Made by a program: the position numbers and the translations under genes
Shown here: one piece after another, positions 53,923 to 63,192 of the stretch
How the letters are laid out: each line of letters opens with the position of its first letter
Numbering within the stretch: position 1 is the stretch's first letter
NCBI GenBank assembly: GCA_934272785.1
Contig: CAKQSE010000002.1
Location: 67,588-131,587 of the forward strand
Source: an uncultured Alphaproteobacteria bacterium
GTDB lineage: Bacteria > Pseudomonadota > Alphaproteobacteria > Rs-D84
Length of the DNA: 64,000 bases
Direction: 5' to 3'
The notes under the pieces: generated by a model
The model's database searches: none
What the model was told of the DNA's origin: nothing
What the model saw: only the letters and a program-made list of their open reading frames with translations

Positions 53923-54915
53923 TTAACTCCTCCGCTTGTTTATGGACAACTTGAATGCGCGCATTGATAATTTCAGTGCGAAATCACGCAATAAAACCTC
54001 GCCCGGCATACCGGTTGTTCGTAATTGCTTTTCCAATTCGTTCAGTCGAATTAAAACCGCCGTAATTTCAGATTCCGGCCATATCTTGATTGCCTGGTTG
54101 AATTTTTCGGCCACTTTCCAGAACAGACGCGGCAACTGGCCATCAACAACGGCGGTTTGTAATTTCTTGAAATGCGAATCCAAAACGCGCACCAGCATAT
54201 TTGGTTCTGTGCCGACATACAGCAACCGGTCCAATGCCTGCATTGTTTGGGCGATATATCCCGCGGTCAACGAATATACAAAATCATCCATATCGGCCGC
54301 CGCCGTATCCGGCAAACATTTTTCAACATCGTCCAGTTCGACAATTTTCTTGTCATCAACGTATAACGCAATCTTGGCCAGGAAACCGCGCGTAATCCCG
54401 CGGTCACCGCCCAGGTGCGATGTCATATACGCCATGGCGTCGGGGGTAATCTGTTGAATACCGGCATCGGCGGACAATTCACGCCGTATCAGTGCCGCCA
54501 GTGCCCGCGCATCATCGGTATAGCACGGCAATGCCGCGATGTTGTCGCCGCCTTCGAATAAACTGCGCAGACCGCCACCCGCACGCAGGTCACCCGCACA
54601 AACGATAACCGTTGCGCACAATCCCGGACACAAAACCAATTCAGAAATTGATTTTGCCATGCCATCGGTTGCCCCAGAAATTATGACCAATTTACGGCCA
54701 CCGAACATAGACGGACTGCAACTCTCGGCAAACAGGGCGTCCTGTTTTTCGCGCAATTCGTCCGCGTCCAGTGCGAACAAATTATCCTTGTCTATTTCCA
54801 GTTTTTCGGTTGCGCGGTCACAATATTCATCCACCTGACCGGCATCGGGGCCATATATCAACACGGCACGAATTGTGCCAATGCCATTGTTAAAATCAGA
54901 TTCCTTCCATTTCAT
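53923..54915 (-). CDS. holA: DNA polymerase III delta subunit
   Basis: 330 aa. AVLIYGPDAGQVDE at the N-terminus, and its position after lptE. Confidence 0.7.
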   Translation of the reverse strand: MKWKESDFNNGIGTIRAVLIYGPDAGQVDEYCDRATEKLEIDKDNLFALDADELREKQDALFAESCSPSMFGGRKLVIISGATDGMAKSISELVLCPGLCATVIVCAGDLRAGGGLRSLFEGGDNIAALPCYTDDARALAALIRRELSADAGIQQITPDAMAYMTSHLGGDRGITRGFLAKIALYVDDKKIVELDDVEKCLPDTAAADMDDFVYSLTAGYIAQTMQALDRLLYVGTEPNMLVRVLDSHFKKLQTAVVDGQLPRLFWKVAEKFNQAIKIWPESEITAVLIRLNELEKQLRTTGMPGEVLLRDFALKLSMRAFKLSINKRRS

Positions 54916-55391
54916 TATTTCACATCAGACGTTTCATCACGGGCGGTTTCGGCAATTGCGCGCGTTCCGATTTTTTCGGCCAACACCGTAATTGTGTTCT
55001 TGACCGCATTATTATATGACGCGTTTGCCGCCACCAGATAGCGCACAAACGTGTATGATTCCGACGCACTTTCCGTGCCGCGCGCAATTTCAACATCGCC
55101 CCGCGTCAGTGTGTAATCTGCGCGCACGATGATTTCTTGCCATGTGGCGTCACCGGTTTGTTCCAGTGCCTTGTATTTCGTGTATGGTTCGGCCAGTGTG
55201 ACGGTCAGTGTGTATTTTGCATTACTGTCGTGCACGCCACCAAATTTTGCGTTCAACGCATTGCGCAATTCAATACCGTTTATCCCGCTGATGGGGGTGA
55301 CGTGAATATCAGTGTCCGCCCCAGAAAACATTGGCCGGAATCCGCACCCCGCACACAGCAACACACATACAACTGCCAGAATTTTTTTCAT
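54915..55391 (-). CDS. lptE: LPS-assembly lipoprotein LptE
   Basis: 158 aa with lipobox CAGCGFRP, in the lptE-holA order. Confidence 0.65.
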   Translation of the reverse strand: MKKILAVVCVLLCAGCGFRPMFSGADTDIHVTPISGINGIELRNALNAKFGGVHDSNAKYTLTVTLAEPYTKYKALEQTGDATWQEIIVRADYTLTRGDVEIARGTESASESYTFVRYLVAANASYNNAVKNTITVLAEKIGTRAIAETARDETSDVK

Positions 55392-55482
55392 AATTTTCGC
55401 GCCTTTTTTTGAATACCAGATGCGATTTCCTATTGCATTTTATCCTTATATTACCTAGACTTTTAATAAATCGCAAGAGGGA

Positions 55483-56712
55483 ATGATGAATATTTTTATA
55501 ATGATTCTGGTGGCAATATTCATGCTGGGCTATTATATCATAGACAGCCCCAGCCAGCGCGTTCCTGAAACAGAAACCGAATACGCGGTCACACACGCCG
55601 ATTTGCACGCGATTGCCCAGTGCGCCGCCGCCGCGCATAATGCGAAAATTCGTGGCACAGAATTTAATGACGTATGCGTCAGTCAAAATGAAATTACCAG
55701 TCAACTGTATTGCTTGAACAACAACGGCCGCGAAACAAAATGCGAAATTATCCGTAATAAAAAGCCCGCATACAGTTACATAATCACAACAACCGCGCCA
55801 CTGCCGGCATCTGATTTTAATGAAATGATGAACGTTCTGGAAGAATACTATGCCGACGCCGGAACATTTGGAATTTTACAGGATGGGAAAATCACGTCTG
55901 GGGGCACGGGGACAAAACGCGCGGTGCCGAAAACCATATTGTCTGAATTGAAATTGTCTGACGGGCAATTGGTATATATGACCCAGTATGAAATCCCGGA
56001 TGCAACAAATGAAATCACAACCGCGGATGCGACCGACATATTATGCCCGACCGGCACGGTTAAAACGTATCGATTTGGTCGCTGGCAATGTATCGGATAT
56101 AATACAAAATCGAACTGTGCCGGGGATATGATTTGGGATTCTGATTTGTCTGAATGCGTGCCAGATGAATCACGCAAACCACTGTGCGCATCGCAACAGA
56201 CCGCCGTCATCGTGGACAGTGTGTGGGAATGCATTGACCCATTTGCGGCCAAGACATGCCCCGATAAAATGGTTGCGCGCCTGAATTACAATACACTGGA
56301 ATGGGAATGTGTCGAGGATCCAAATAACACCACCACAAAATCAAAGTGCGACAAATTCGTCAGCCGCGACGTCCAGGGCGCGATTGGCGCAACCCTGCGC
56401 ACGGCGCGGACATCGTGCACCGATTGCGAAAAAATGATTATTGACGAGGATACCTGCACATCATATTGCGTTCCAGATACGACCAAGGTAGATGATGCAT
56501 CTTGCTATGCCGGTAACCCGCGCGAATGCACCGGCCCCAGCCGCGCGTTCTATTTCGGATTTCCAAATTATTCATATGCGGCAAATGTTGATGCGGTTAC
56601 AAAATATGTAATCCAGACCGGCGGCAATCGGCGTTTTAACTGTCGCGATTGTGGTGATGGGGTGATTGACACTGAAAAATCCGCACCACCATATATTGCG
56701 GTGTGCAAATAA
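55483..56712 (+). CDS. Membrane-anchored Cys-rich repeat protein
   Basis: 409 aa with an N-terminal TM helix. The C-terminal half has at least 5 repeats ending in [WS]-x-C-[IV] (RWQCI, LSECV, VWECI, EWECV, TSYCV). Confidence 0.5.
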   Translation: MMNIFIMILVAIFMLGYYIIDSPSQRVPETETEYAVTHADLHAIAQCAAAAHNAKIRGTEFNDVCVSQNEITSQLYCLNNNGRETKCEIIRNKKPAYSYIITTTAPLPASDFNEMMNVLEEYYADAGTFGILQDGKITSGGTGTKRAVPKTILSELKLSDGQLVYMTQYEIPDATNEITTADATDILCPTGTVKTYRFGRWQCIGYNTKSNCAGDMIWDSDLSECVPDESRKPLCASQQTAVIVDSVWECIDPFAAKTCPDKMVARLNYNTLEWECVEDPNNTTTKSKCDKFVSRDVQGAIGATLRTARTSCTDCEKMIIDEDTCTSYCVPDTTKVDDASCYAGNPRECTGPSRAFYFGFPNYSYAANVDAVTKYVIQTGGNRRFNCRDCGDGVIDTEKSAPPYIAVCK

Positions 56713-56745
56713 AAAAAACGGACGCCCCTGCGGGCGTCTGTTTTT

Positions 56746-57609
56746 TTATTTCTGGCGCGCGGTGGTCCGCACCAAGATATCTTTCAGGTCATGCACGGCC
56801 TGGTCATATAAATCCAGGCTGACATTATCACGATTATCAATTGTTATTTGCAGGCTGTCCATCTGGTCATCCATGCGTTCCTGGGCAATCAAATCCGCAA
56901 CATCATCCGACATTTCTGCCACAGGCGTGGCGGGGCCCTGCGCAAACAAATCACCATTGTATGGCACGGCGACATTTAATGGTTCCAGTGCATCAGAACG
57001 CAATCCATGCGGATGACGCGCGGCGACAACCGATGCAATTGCCGCACGGTATGACCCGCGACGCTTTGAAAAATCTGTTACATTTTGGCGGGTGACAATT
57101 TTAATACTGTTGCGCACGTGCGCCAGGATTTTATACACATTATCCGAGTGCCCATTTACCATCGCAATTGTGGCGTTGCCATGCTTGTCCGTCTGGACCG
57201 CGTCGCGCCATTGACCATTTGGCGCAGCGTTCAGCGTCATATACGCCACCAATTCATAGCGCACATGTTCCAGCGCATCGTGACCCGCCGCCGGCGTCCA
57301 TGTTGGCGCGCCCTGGCTGCAAAAATGAAAGATGTTATTTTTGCCGTTATGCATAAATGGCGACTGGTTTCCAAATCGCACGGGGTTATACGACATTTCA
57401 TGCCACAGCGCATTGCAAATCACATTACCATCAACCAGCCCAACTGGAACGTCAGCCTTTCTCAGCGGGTCGTCCCATTTTTCGCTGGCCTTTAACCGGG
57501 CATATGCCGTGGCCAGGCGGTCCGCCGTCAATTTACCAAAATACGGACGCATGGTGTTGTATTCCAGTATCATCTTGATGGTCTTGTCATCCAGATTATG
57601 CATTTGCAA
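56746..57609 (-). CDS. Hypothetical protein
   Basis: 287 aa ORF with no recognisable motif. Confidence 0.45.
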   Translation of the reverse strand: MQMHNLDDKTIKMILEYNTMRPYFGKLTADRLATAYARLKASEKWDDPLRKADVPVGLVDGNVICNALWHEMSYNPVRFGNQSPFMHNGKNNIFHFCSQGAPTWTPAAGHDALEHVRYELVAYMTLNAAPNGQWRDAVQTDKHGNATIAMVNGHSDNVYKILAHVRNSIKIVTRQNVTDFSKRRGSYRAAIASVVAARHPHGLRSDALEPLNVAVPYNGDLFAQGPATPVAEMSDDVADLIAQERMDDQMDSLQITIDNRDNVSLDLYDQAVHDLKDILVRTTARQK

Positions 57610-57710
57610 CCCCTATGTTTATTACACACTTAAATATAGCGTAAATTTGTTTTTTGTCAAGTTTTGTATAACAAGAAACGCCGCCCAAATGGGCGACGTT
57701 ACATGGCAGT

Positions 57711-59294
57711 TTATTCTGCGCGGGTAAATGCCCCGTTATCCAACATTTCGCGCACGGCAAAATGTTTTATCTTTTTCGCAGATGTTTGTGGCAATTCCTC
57801 TTCGGTAATTGCAAAGTGTTTAACCCACTTATACGGTGCGATTTTCAGGTTTGATGCCTTTAACAACATCGCAGTGCGCGCAACGGTTGTGCCGGGCTTT
57901 ACCTGGAACACGGCGAACGGAACGATTTTCCCGTTCAGAACGTATTCAAACACCGCCGCCGCCAAGATTTCATCATTTTGCAGATATAAATCTTCCAGTT
58001 CATCGGGATAGACGTTTTTACCACTGTCCAAAACGATGACCTGTTTCTGGCGGCCCTTGACAATCAGGCGACCGTATTTATCCAGTTTGCCCAAATCGCC
58101 CGTTTTAAACCAACCGTTTTCAAACGCTGCGGCATTTGCGTCGTCGTTATCAATGTATCCCGGCATGACCATATTGCCACGCATCCATATTTCACCGACG
58201 CCATCACGGTCGGGATTGTGAATCTGGATTTCATTGCCCGGCAGTGGCCCCGCATAATACATAGAGCCATCATCACGTCTGAACGCAAAGTTAAAGTTTG
58301 CCGGTCCCGTCGTTTCAGTCAGACCATAACAATCGCCAACAACGAAATCCAAATTTTCAAAGAATTTACGAATTGTTGGTTTCAATGTTGCGCCCGCCGA
58401 TACCAGAACCTTGGTATTACCACCAAATATTTCATGAACCGGTTTTGTAACCTTGTCAACGATGCAGCCCAACCCAATTGCACGCAACACGCGACGCGAT
58501 GACATAACCATACGCATCACCGTGTACATATGCTTTTCACGGGCGGCATCAACAATCTTTTTATAGAACCCTTCCCAAACGCGGGGAACGGCCGGAATAA
58601 CATCGGGACGATATTGTTTAAAATCTTTCAGAAATTCGCGCGGATTCAACACCGGTTGCAACAATAATTTGCCCCGCAATATAATCGGCGCAATAATATT
58701 GATAACAACACCATATATATGATACAGCGGCAAGAACCCATAGAACGTATATCCCGGATGAATCACGGGCGTGTAAAACAGTGCCCCATCGGCTAATGAC
58801 AACAGGTTATCATGCGTCAGACCAACAACCTTTGGATTGCCGGTTGATCCCGACGTAAATGACAACATTGCAATATCATTACGATCAACATCGGCGGCGA
58901 CGAATTCGTTTTCATCGGTATCATCAATTGATTCGATATCAAACATTTCTGGTCCGCCATCAACAAAGTGCGATTTTTGCGCCAATGCCAATTTGCAATT
59001 TGTGCGTTGCATCATGTTCAGGTGTTCAGACGCCGACAGACCGGTATCCAACATCAATGCACGTGCACCTTGGGACAAAATTGCAAAATACGATTTGATA
59101 AATTCTGGGGTATTGCCCGACAGAATTGCAACCGTATCGCCCTTTTTAATGCCAAAGCGTTTGGCCAGCAGCACCGCGCGCTGCTTTACTTTTTTTAACA
59201 AATCTGCGTATGTTTCGTTTTGTCTGACAAAGAAAATACTGTCTTTGTTCTGGGAACATACATCACGCAGCATTTCATAAACATTTTTCATCAT
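57711..59294 (-). CDS. Long-chain fatty acid--CoA ligase (AMP-binding family)
   Basis: 527 aa with FTSGSTGNPKVV, YGLTET and GWFKTGD. Confidence 0.8.
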   Translation of the reverse strand: MMKNVYEMLRDVCSQNKDSIFFVRQNETYADLLKKVKQRAVLLAKRFGIKKGDTVAILSGNTPEFIKSYFAILSQGARALMLDTGLSASEHLNMMQRTNCKLALAQKSHFVDGGPEMFDIESIDDTDENEFVAADVDRNDIAMLSFTSGSTGNPKVVGLTHDNLLSLADGALFYTPVIHPGYTFYGFLPLYHIYGVVINIIAPIILRGKLLLQPVLNPREFLKDFKQYRPDVIPAVPRVWEGFYKKIVDAAREKHMYTVMRMVMSSRRVLRAIGLGCIVDKVTKPVHEIFGGNTKVLVSAGATLKPTIRKFFENLDFVVGDCYGLTETTGPANFNFAFRRDDGSMYYAGPLPGNEIQIHNPDRDGVGEIWMRGNMVMPGYIDNDDANAAAFENGWFKTGDLGKLDKYGRLIVKGRQKQVIVLDSGKNVYPDELEDLYLQNDEILAAAVFEYVLNGKIVPFAVFQVKPGTTVARTAMLLKASNLKIAPYKWVKHFAITEEELPQTSAKKIKHFAVREMLDNGAFTRAE

Positions 59295-59678
59295 GATAAT
59301 TATGCTCTTATTTTATGTTTTTGTTAAAAGCCCAGGTAACCACTACCCGCGCCTGGTGTCAGTATACTGTTTTTACCCCAGGAAACACAACCTATTTTAA
59401 CCGATTGACACAATATGCGGATTTTTTGTGCGATTTTATTCCTTATTTTGTCAAGATATAGATATATTTTTGCAAAAACACGTCTATATTTTGTGTTTTT
59501 TGATAAAAAACGAATCAGTCGTTTATACATAATCCGGATTTTTACGATACAAAAACACGTTTAGTATGACGATTCGTCCCACGCCAAAACGACGCAGTGC
59601 CCAGAAAAGTCGCCTTTTTAAAAGTAAAGCAAAAAATGAAAAAAATTTTACTTTTTCTGTATTGATAGAATGCCTAAG

Positions 59679-59694
59679 AATCTATATATTGATA
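59679..59694. promoter_or_regulatory. NrdR-box-like palindrome 1
   Basis: aatCTATATATTGata versus consensus acaCwAtATaTwGtgt. It starts 33 bp upstream of box 2. Confidence 0.4.
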
Positions 59695-59711
59695 TCAAAT
59701 AAGAAAAACAA

Positions 59712-59727
59712 CCACTATATATTGTAT
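59712..59727. promoter_or_regulatory. NrdR-box-like palindrome 2
   Basis: ccaCTATATATTGTat, about 25 nt upstream of the nrdD ATG. Confidence 0.45.
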
Positions 59728-59750
59728 TTTTTAATAATAGGGGCAACACG

Positions 59751-61784
59751 ATGTCTGGGACACAGAACGAAACAAAAATAGAGATTATTCCAACACTTAC
59801 ATCCAACCTGGTTGCGGTCCAGAAACGCAGTGGCGAAACTGTTCCGTTTGATGCCAAGAAGATATATGATGCGATTAAAAAGGCGGTTGCCGTCACGCAC
59901 GAGGTATCGGACGATGATGTTATTCGCATTACCCAGGCGGCCCTGGACACATTGGGTGAAAAGTTTGCTTCTAAGACCCCAAAGGTTGAAGAGATTCAGG
60001 AAATTGTTATTCAAGCATTGATGGACGCCCGTGCCTATAAGACGGCCGAGGCGTATATTATTTATCGCCAGAAACGCAGTGAAATCCGCGATTCATACGT
60101 TGACGCAGTCGAGGTTATCGAGGGTTACGTTGGTGGTTCCAACTGGCGTATCAAGGAAAATGCAAACGTTGGATATTCGATTGGCGGGTTGATTCTGCGC
60201 ACCAGTGAACGCGTTACGGCGGAATATTGGTTGAACCTGTATCCGCGCGAAATTGCCGAGGCGCACAAGACCGCCGCAATTCATATTCACGACCTGGGAT
60301 GGTTGACCGGATATTGCGCGGGTTGGTCACTGCGCGAATTGTTATACGAGGGATTTAACGGTGTTCCGGGTTACCTGCAATGCGAACCGGCGCGTCATAT
60401 GGCGACCGCGATTTCACACATGGTGAACTTCTTGGGCACGTTACAGAACGAATTTGCTGGGGCCCAGGCGTTCTCGTCTGTGGATACGTATTTGGCACCA
60501 TATGTCCGGGTTGACAACCTGTCATATGCCGACGTTAAAAATGCAATGCAGACATTGATATTTAACTGTGCTGTGCCGTGCCGTTGGGGCACCCAGACGC
60601 CGTTTATCAATTTCACGTTCGACTGGACCTGTCCAAAGGATTTACGTAACCAGCGTCCGTTTATCGGCAAAAAACAGGTTGATTTTACCTATGGCGACCT
60701 GCAAGCGGAAATGGACACCATCAACAAGGCGTTTTTAGAGGTTATGACCGAAGGCGACGCATTGGGCCGTCCGTTCACGTTCCCAATTCCGACATACAAC
60801 ATCACTGACGATTTCCCATGGAATCACCCAAATGTAAAACCGTTGTTTGATTTGGCAGCGAAATACGGTATTCCGAATTTCCAGAATTTCTTGAACTCGG
60901 ACCTGAATCCGACCGACGTGCGTTCTATGTGTTGCCGTCTGCGTTTGGACGTGCGCGAATTGTTAAAGCGCGGCGGTGGTCTGTTTGGTTCGGCGGAAAA
61001 GACCGGCTCTATCGGCGTTGTGACAATCAATTTGGCGCGTTTGGGCTATGTTCACCGCGGCGATCGCGATGGCCTGTTTGCCGAATTAAAACGCCTGTTG
61101 GATTTGGGACGTGATTCGCTGGAAATCAAGCGCAAGATTATCACCAAGAATATGGAACGCGGGCTGTATCCGTTCACCCGTCGTTACCTTGGTGATTGGT
61201 CGCACCACTTTTCAACAATTGGTGTGAACGGCGCAAATGAAATGGTTCGTAACTTTACCGGCGACCGTGAAAATATTGCAACCCCAATGGGCAAGAAATT
61301 GGTTCTGGACGTGATGGATTTCATCCGTGAAAACCTGGCCAATTTCCAAGAACAAACCGGAAATCTGTATAATCTGGAAGCCACCCCGGCCGAGGGTTGT
61401 TCATATCGCTTTGCCAAAACCGATGTGAAAAATTATCCAGACATCATCACGGCAGGCACACACGATGCACCATATTATACCAATTCAACCCAGTTGCCAG
61501 TGAACTTTACCGACGATCCGTTCGTCGCACTGGAACACCAGGAAGAATTACAGCGTAAATATACCGGCGGCACAATGTTGCACCTGTATATGGGCGAACC
61601 AGTATCCAGTGGCGAGGCCGCCCAGAAAATCGTGCGGACAATCTTTGAAAACTACAAGATTCCGTATATGACGCTGACCCCGACATTTTCAATATGTCCG
61701 AAACACGGATATCTGCCGGGACGCCATGAATTCTGTCCGAAATGCGACGCGGAAATCGCCGCAAATCAGAACAGTGAACAATAA
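59751..61784 (+). CDS. nrdD: Anaerobic ribonucleoside-triphosphate reductase, large piece (ATP cone to zinc ribbon; lacks the glycyl-radical loop)
   Basis: 677 aa. The N-terminal ATP cone is VQKRSGETVPFDAKKIYDAI. The C-terminus is CPKHG...CPKCDAEI. There is no RxxG[YF] glycyl-radical motif before the stop. Confidence 0.85.
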   Translation: MSGTQNETKIEIIPTLTSNLVAVQKRSGETVPFDAKKIYDAIKKAVAVTHEVSDDDVIRITQAALDTLGEKFASKTPKVEEIQEIVIQALMDARAYKTAEAYIIYRQKRSEIRDSYVDAVEVIEGYVGGSNWRIKENANVGYSIGGLILRTSERVTAEYWLNLYPREIAEAHKTAAIHIHDLGWLTGYCAGWSLRELLYEGFNGVPGYLQCEPARHMATAISHMVNFLGTLQNEFAGAQAFSSVDTYLAPYVRVDNLSYADVKNAMQTLIFNCAVPCRWGTQTPFINFTFDWTCPKDLRNQRPFIGKKQVDFTYGDLQAEMDTINKAFLEVMTEGDALGRPFTFPIPTYNITDDFPWNHPNVKPLFDLAAKYGIPNFQNFLNSDLNPTDVRSMCCRLRLDVRELLKRGGGLFGSAEKTGSIGVVTINLARLGYVHRGDRDGLFAELKRLLDLGRDSLEIKRKIITKNMERGLYPFTRRYLGDWSHHFSTIGVNGANEMVRNFTGDRENIATPMGKKLVLDVMDFIRENLANFQEQTGNLYNLEATPAEGCSYRFAKTDVKNYPDIITAGTHDAPYYTNSTQLPVNFTDDPFVALEHQEELQRKYTGGTMLHLYMGEPVSSGEAAQKIVRTIFENYKIPYMTLTPTFSICPKHGYLPGRHEFCPKCDAEIAANQNSEQ

Positions 61785-61831
61785 ACAACAACGCTAACCA
61801 CGCATTGCACAAAAAATAAGGGAGGAAAACT

Positions 61832-62017
61832 ATGCAGGCAGCAAATATTCAGAGAACACAATGTGAAGTCTTTTCGCGCTCTATGGGATTTATCAGACCG
61901 GTTTCGAACTTTAACATTGGCAAGTATTCTGAATTCTGTGAAAGAAAAACATTTACAGAGGCAAACAGCCTGACCACCGGTGCACGTCACAGCGAACTGT
62001 TGAAAAAGGCGGCATAA
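61832..62017 (+). CDS. Stand-alone glycyl-radical domain of class III RNR
   Basis: 61 aa. FSRSMGFIRPVSNFNIGKYSEFCERK aligns with the NrdD C-terminus RRVCGYLGSPDARPFNAGKQEEVKRR. It has its own SD aagggagg 7 nt upstream. Confidence 0.7.
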   Translation: MQAANIQRTQCEVFSRSMGFIRPVSNFNIGKYSEFCERKTFTEANSLTTGARHSELLKKAA

Positions 62018-62021
62018 TAAA

Positions 62022-62723
62022 ATGCGTGAAATTCAGATTGGTGGGTTGGTTTCGTTCACAACGATTGACTATCCGGGCAAATTGGCGGCGGTGCTGTTTT
62101 TGCGCGGATGTCCGTTGCGGTGCGCGTATTGTTCCAACCCACATCTGTTAAATGTCGGCGACGGCGAATACGACCCAGCCAAGGTTTTGGATTGGCTGCG
62201 CGACCGTGTCGGCAAACTGGAGGCGGTCGTCTTTTCCGGGGGCGAAGCATTGATGCAAGGCGACGTCGCAATTGACTATATGCGTCGTGTGCGCGATTTA
62301 GGATTTAAAATCGGATTGCACACAAACGGTTTTTATCCTGAAAATCTGAAACGTGCCGCCGATGTGGTTGATTGGATTGGACTGGATTACAAAACAACAC
62401 GCGAAAAGTATGGCAGTCTGGTTGGTCAAAATATCGCCCATGATCATATGATTCACAGCCTGGACATATGGCAGGCAACCGGCAAAGATTACGAGGTGCG
62501 CATTACATGCGACCCGCGATTTGTCACAAAACTGGATTTAATGGAAATTACGCGCGATTTGCACGACCGTAGCGTGACGCACATCGCGATCCAAAAGTAT
62601 ATTCCACATTTCGAAGATAACGAACACGGCACCACAGCTGACGCCCGCAATCAATTCTTTACCGATGCGAATTTGCGCCATGCGATTGCTGAAATGTTCA
62701 CGTCTGTTATTTGGCGGGAATAA
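62022..62723 (+). CDS. nrdG: Anaerobic RNR activating radical-SAM protein
   Basis: 233 aa with the CPLRCAYCSNP cluster motif. Confidence 0.85.
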   Translation: MREIQIGGLVSFTTIDYPGKLAAVLFLRGCPLRCAYCSNPHLLNVGDGEYDPAKVLDWLRDRVGKLEAVVFSGGEALMQGDVAIDYMRRVRDLGFKIGLHTNGFYPENLKRAADVVDWIGLDYKTTREKYGSLVGQNIAHDHMIHSLDIWQATGKDYEVRITCDPRFVTKLDLMEITRDLHDRSVTHIAIQKYIPHFEDNEHGTTADARNQFFTDANLRHAIAEMFTSVIWRE

Positions 62724-63189
62724 TCCCCTGCTCTATCCCCAATAATATTTCTTTGGCACGCAATCCACCCGCATAGCCGGTAAGGTTACCATTTGCGCCC
62801 ACCACACGATGACACGGGACAATTATTGAAATTGGGTTGCGACCAATTGCGACGCCCACCGCGCGTGGCGCGCCACACCCAACGCGGCGTGCAATATCGC
62901 CATATGTTACGGTTTTACCGTATGGAATCTGGCCCAGTGCGTGCCACACCCGTTGTTGGAACGCGGTGCCAGGGGCAGCCAATTTAAAATCAATTTTGGG
63001 GCGGTCGCCTGCGAAATATTCATCCAGCCAACGCGTAACGCGGCGCATAACGTCATTATCCCCAGCGGGAATTGCGGCCGTGTGGCCGTGATATTTCTGG
63101 CCATGCAGCCACAATCCCACCAGCGCATCATCTGACGCCCCAATCGTCAACACGCCAACGGGCGACAAATATTCAGACTTTATGTTCAT
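62707..63189 (-). CDS. ogt: Methylated-DNA--protein-cysteine methyltransferase
   Basis: 160 aa with the active site IIVPCHRVVG. Confidence 0.85.
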   Translation of the reverse strand: MNIKSEYLSPVGVLTIGASDDALVGLWLHGQKYHGHTAAIPAGDNDVMRRVTRWLDEYFAGDRPKIDFKLAAPGTAFQQRVWHALGQIPYGKTVTYGDIARRVGCGAPRAVGVAIGRNPISIIVPCHRVVGANGNLTGYAGGLRAKEILLGIEQGIIPAK

Positions 63190-63192
63190 TAT

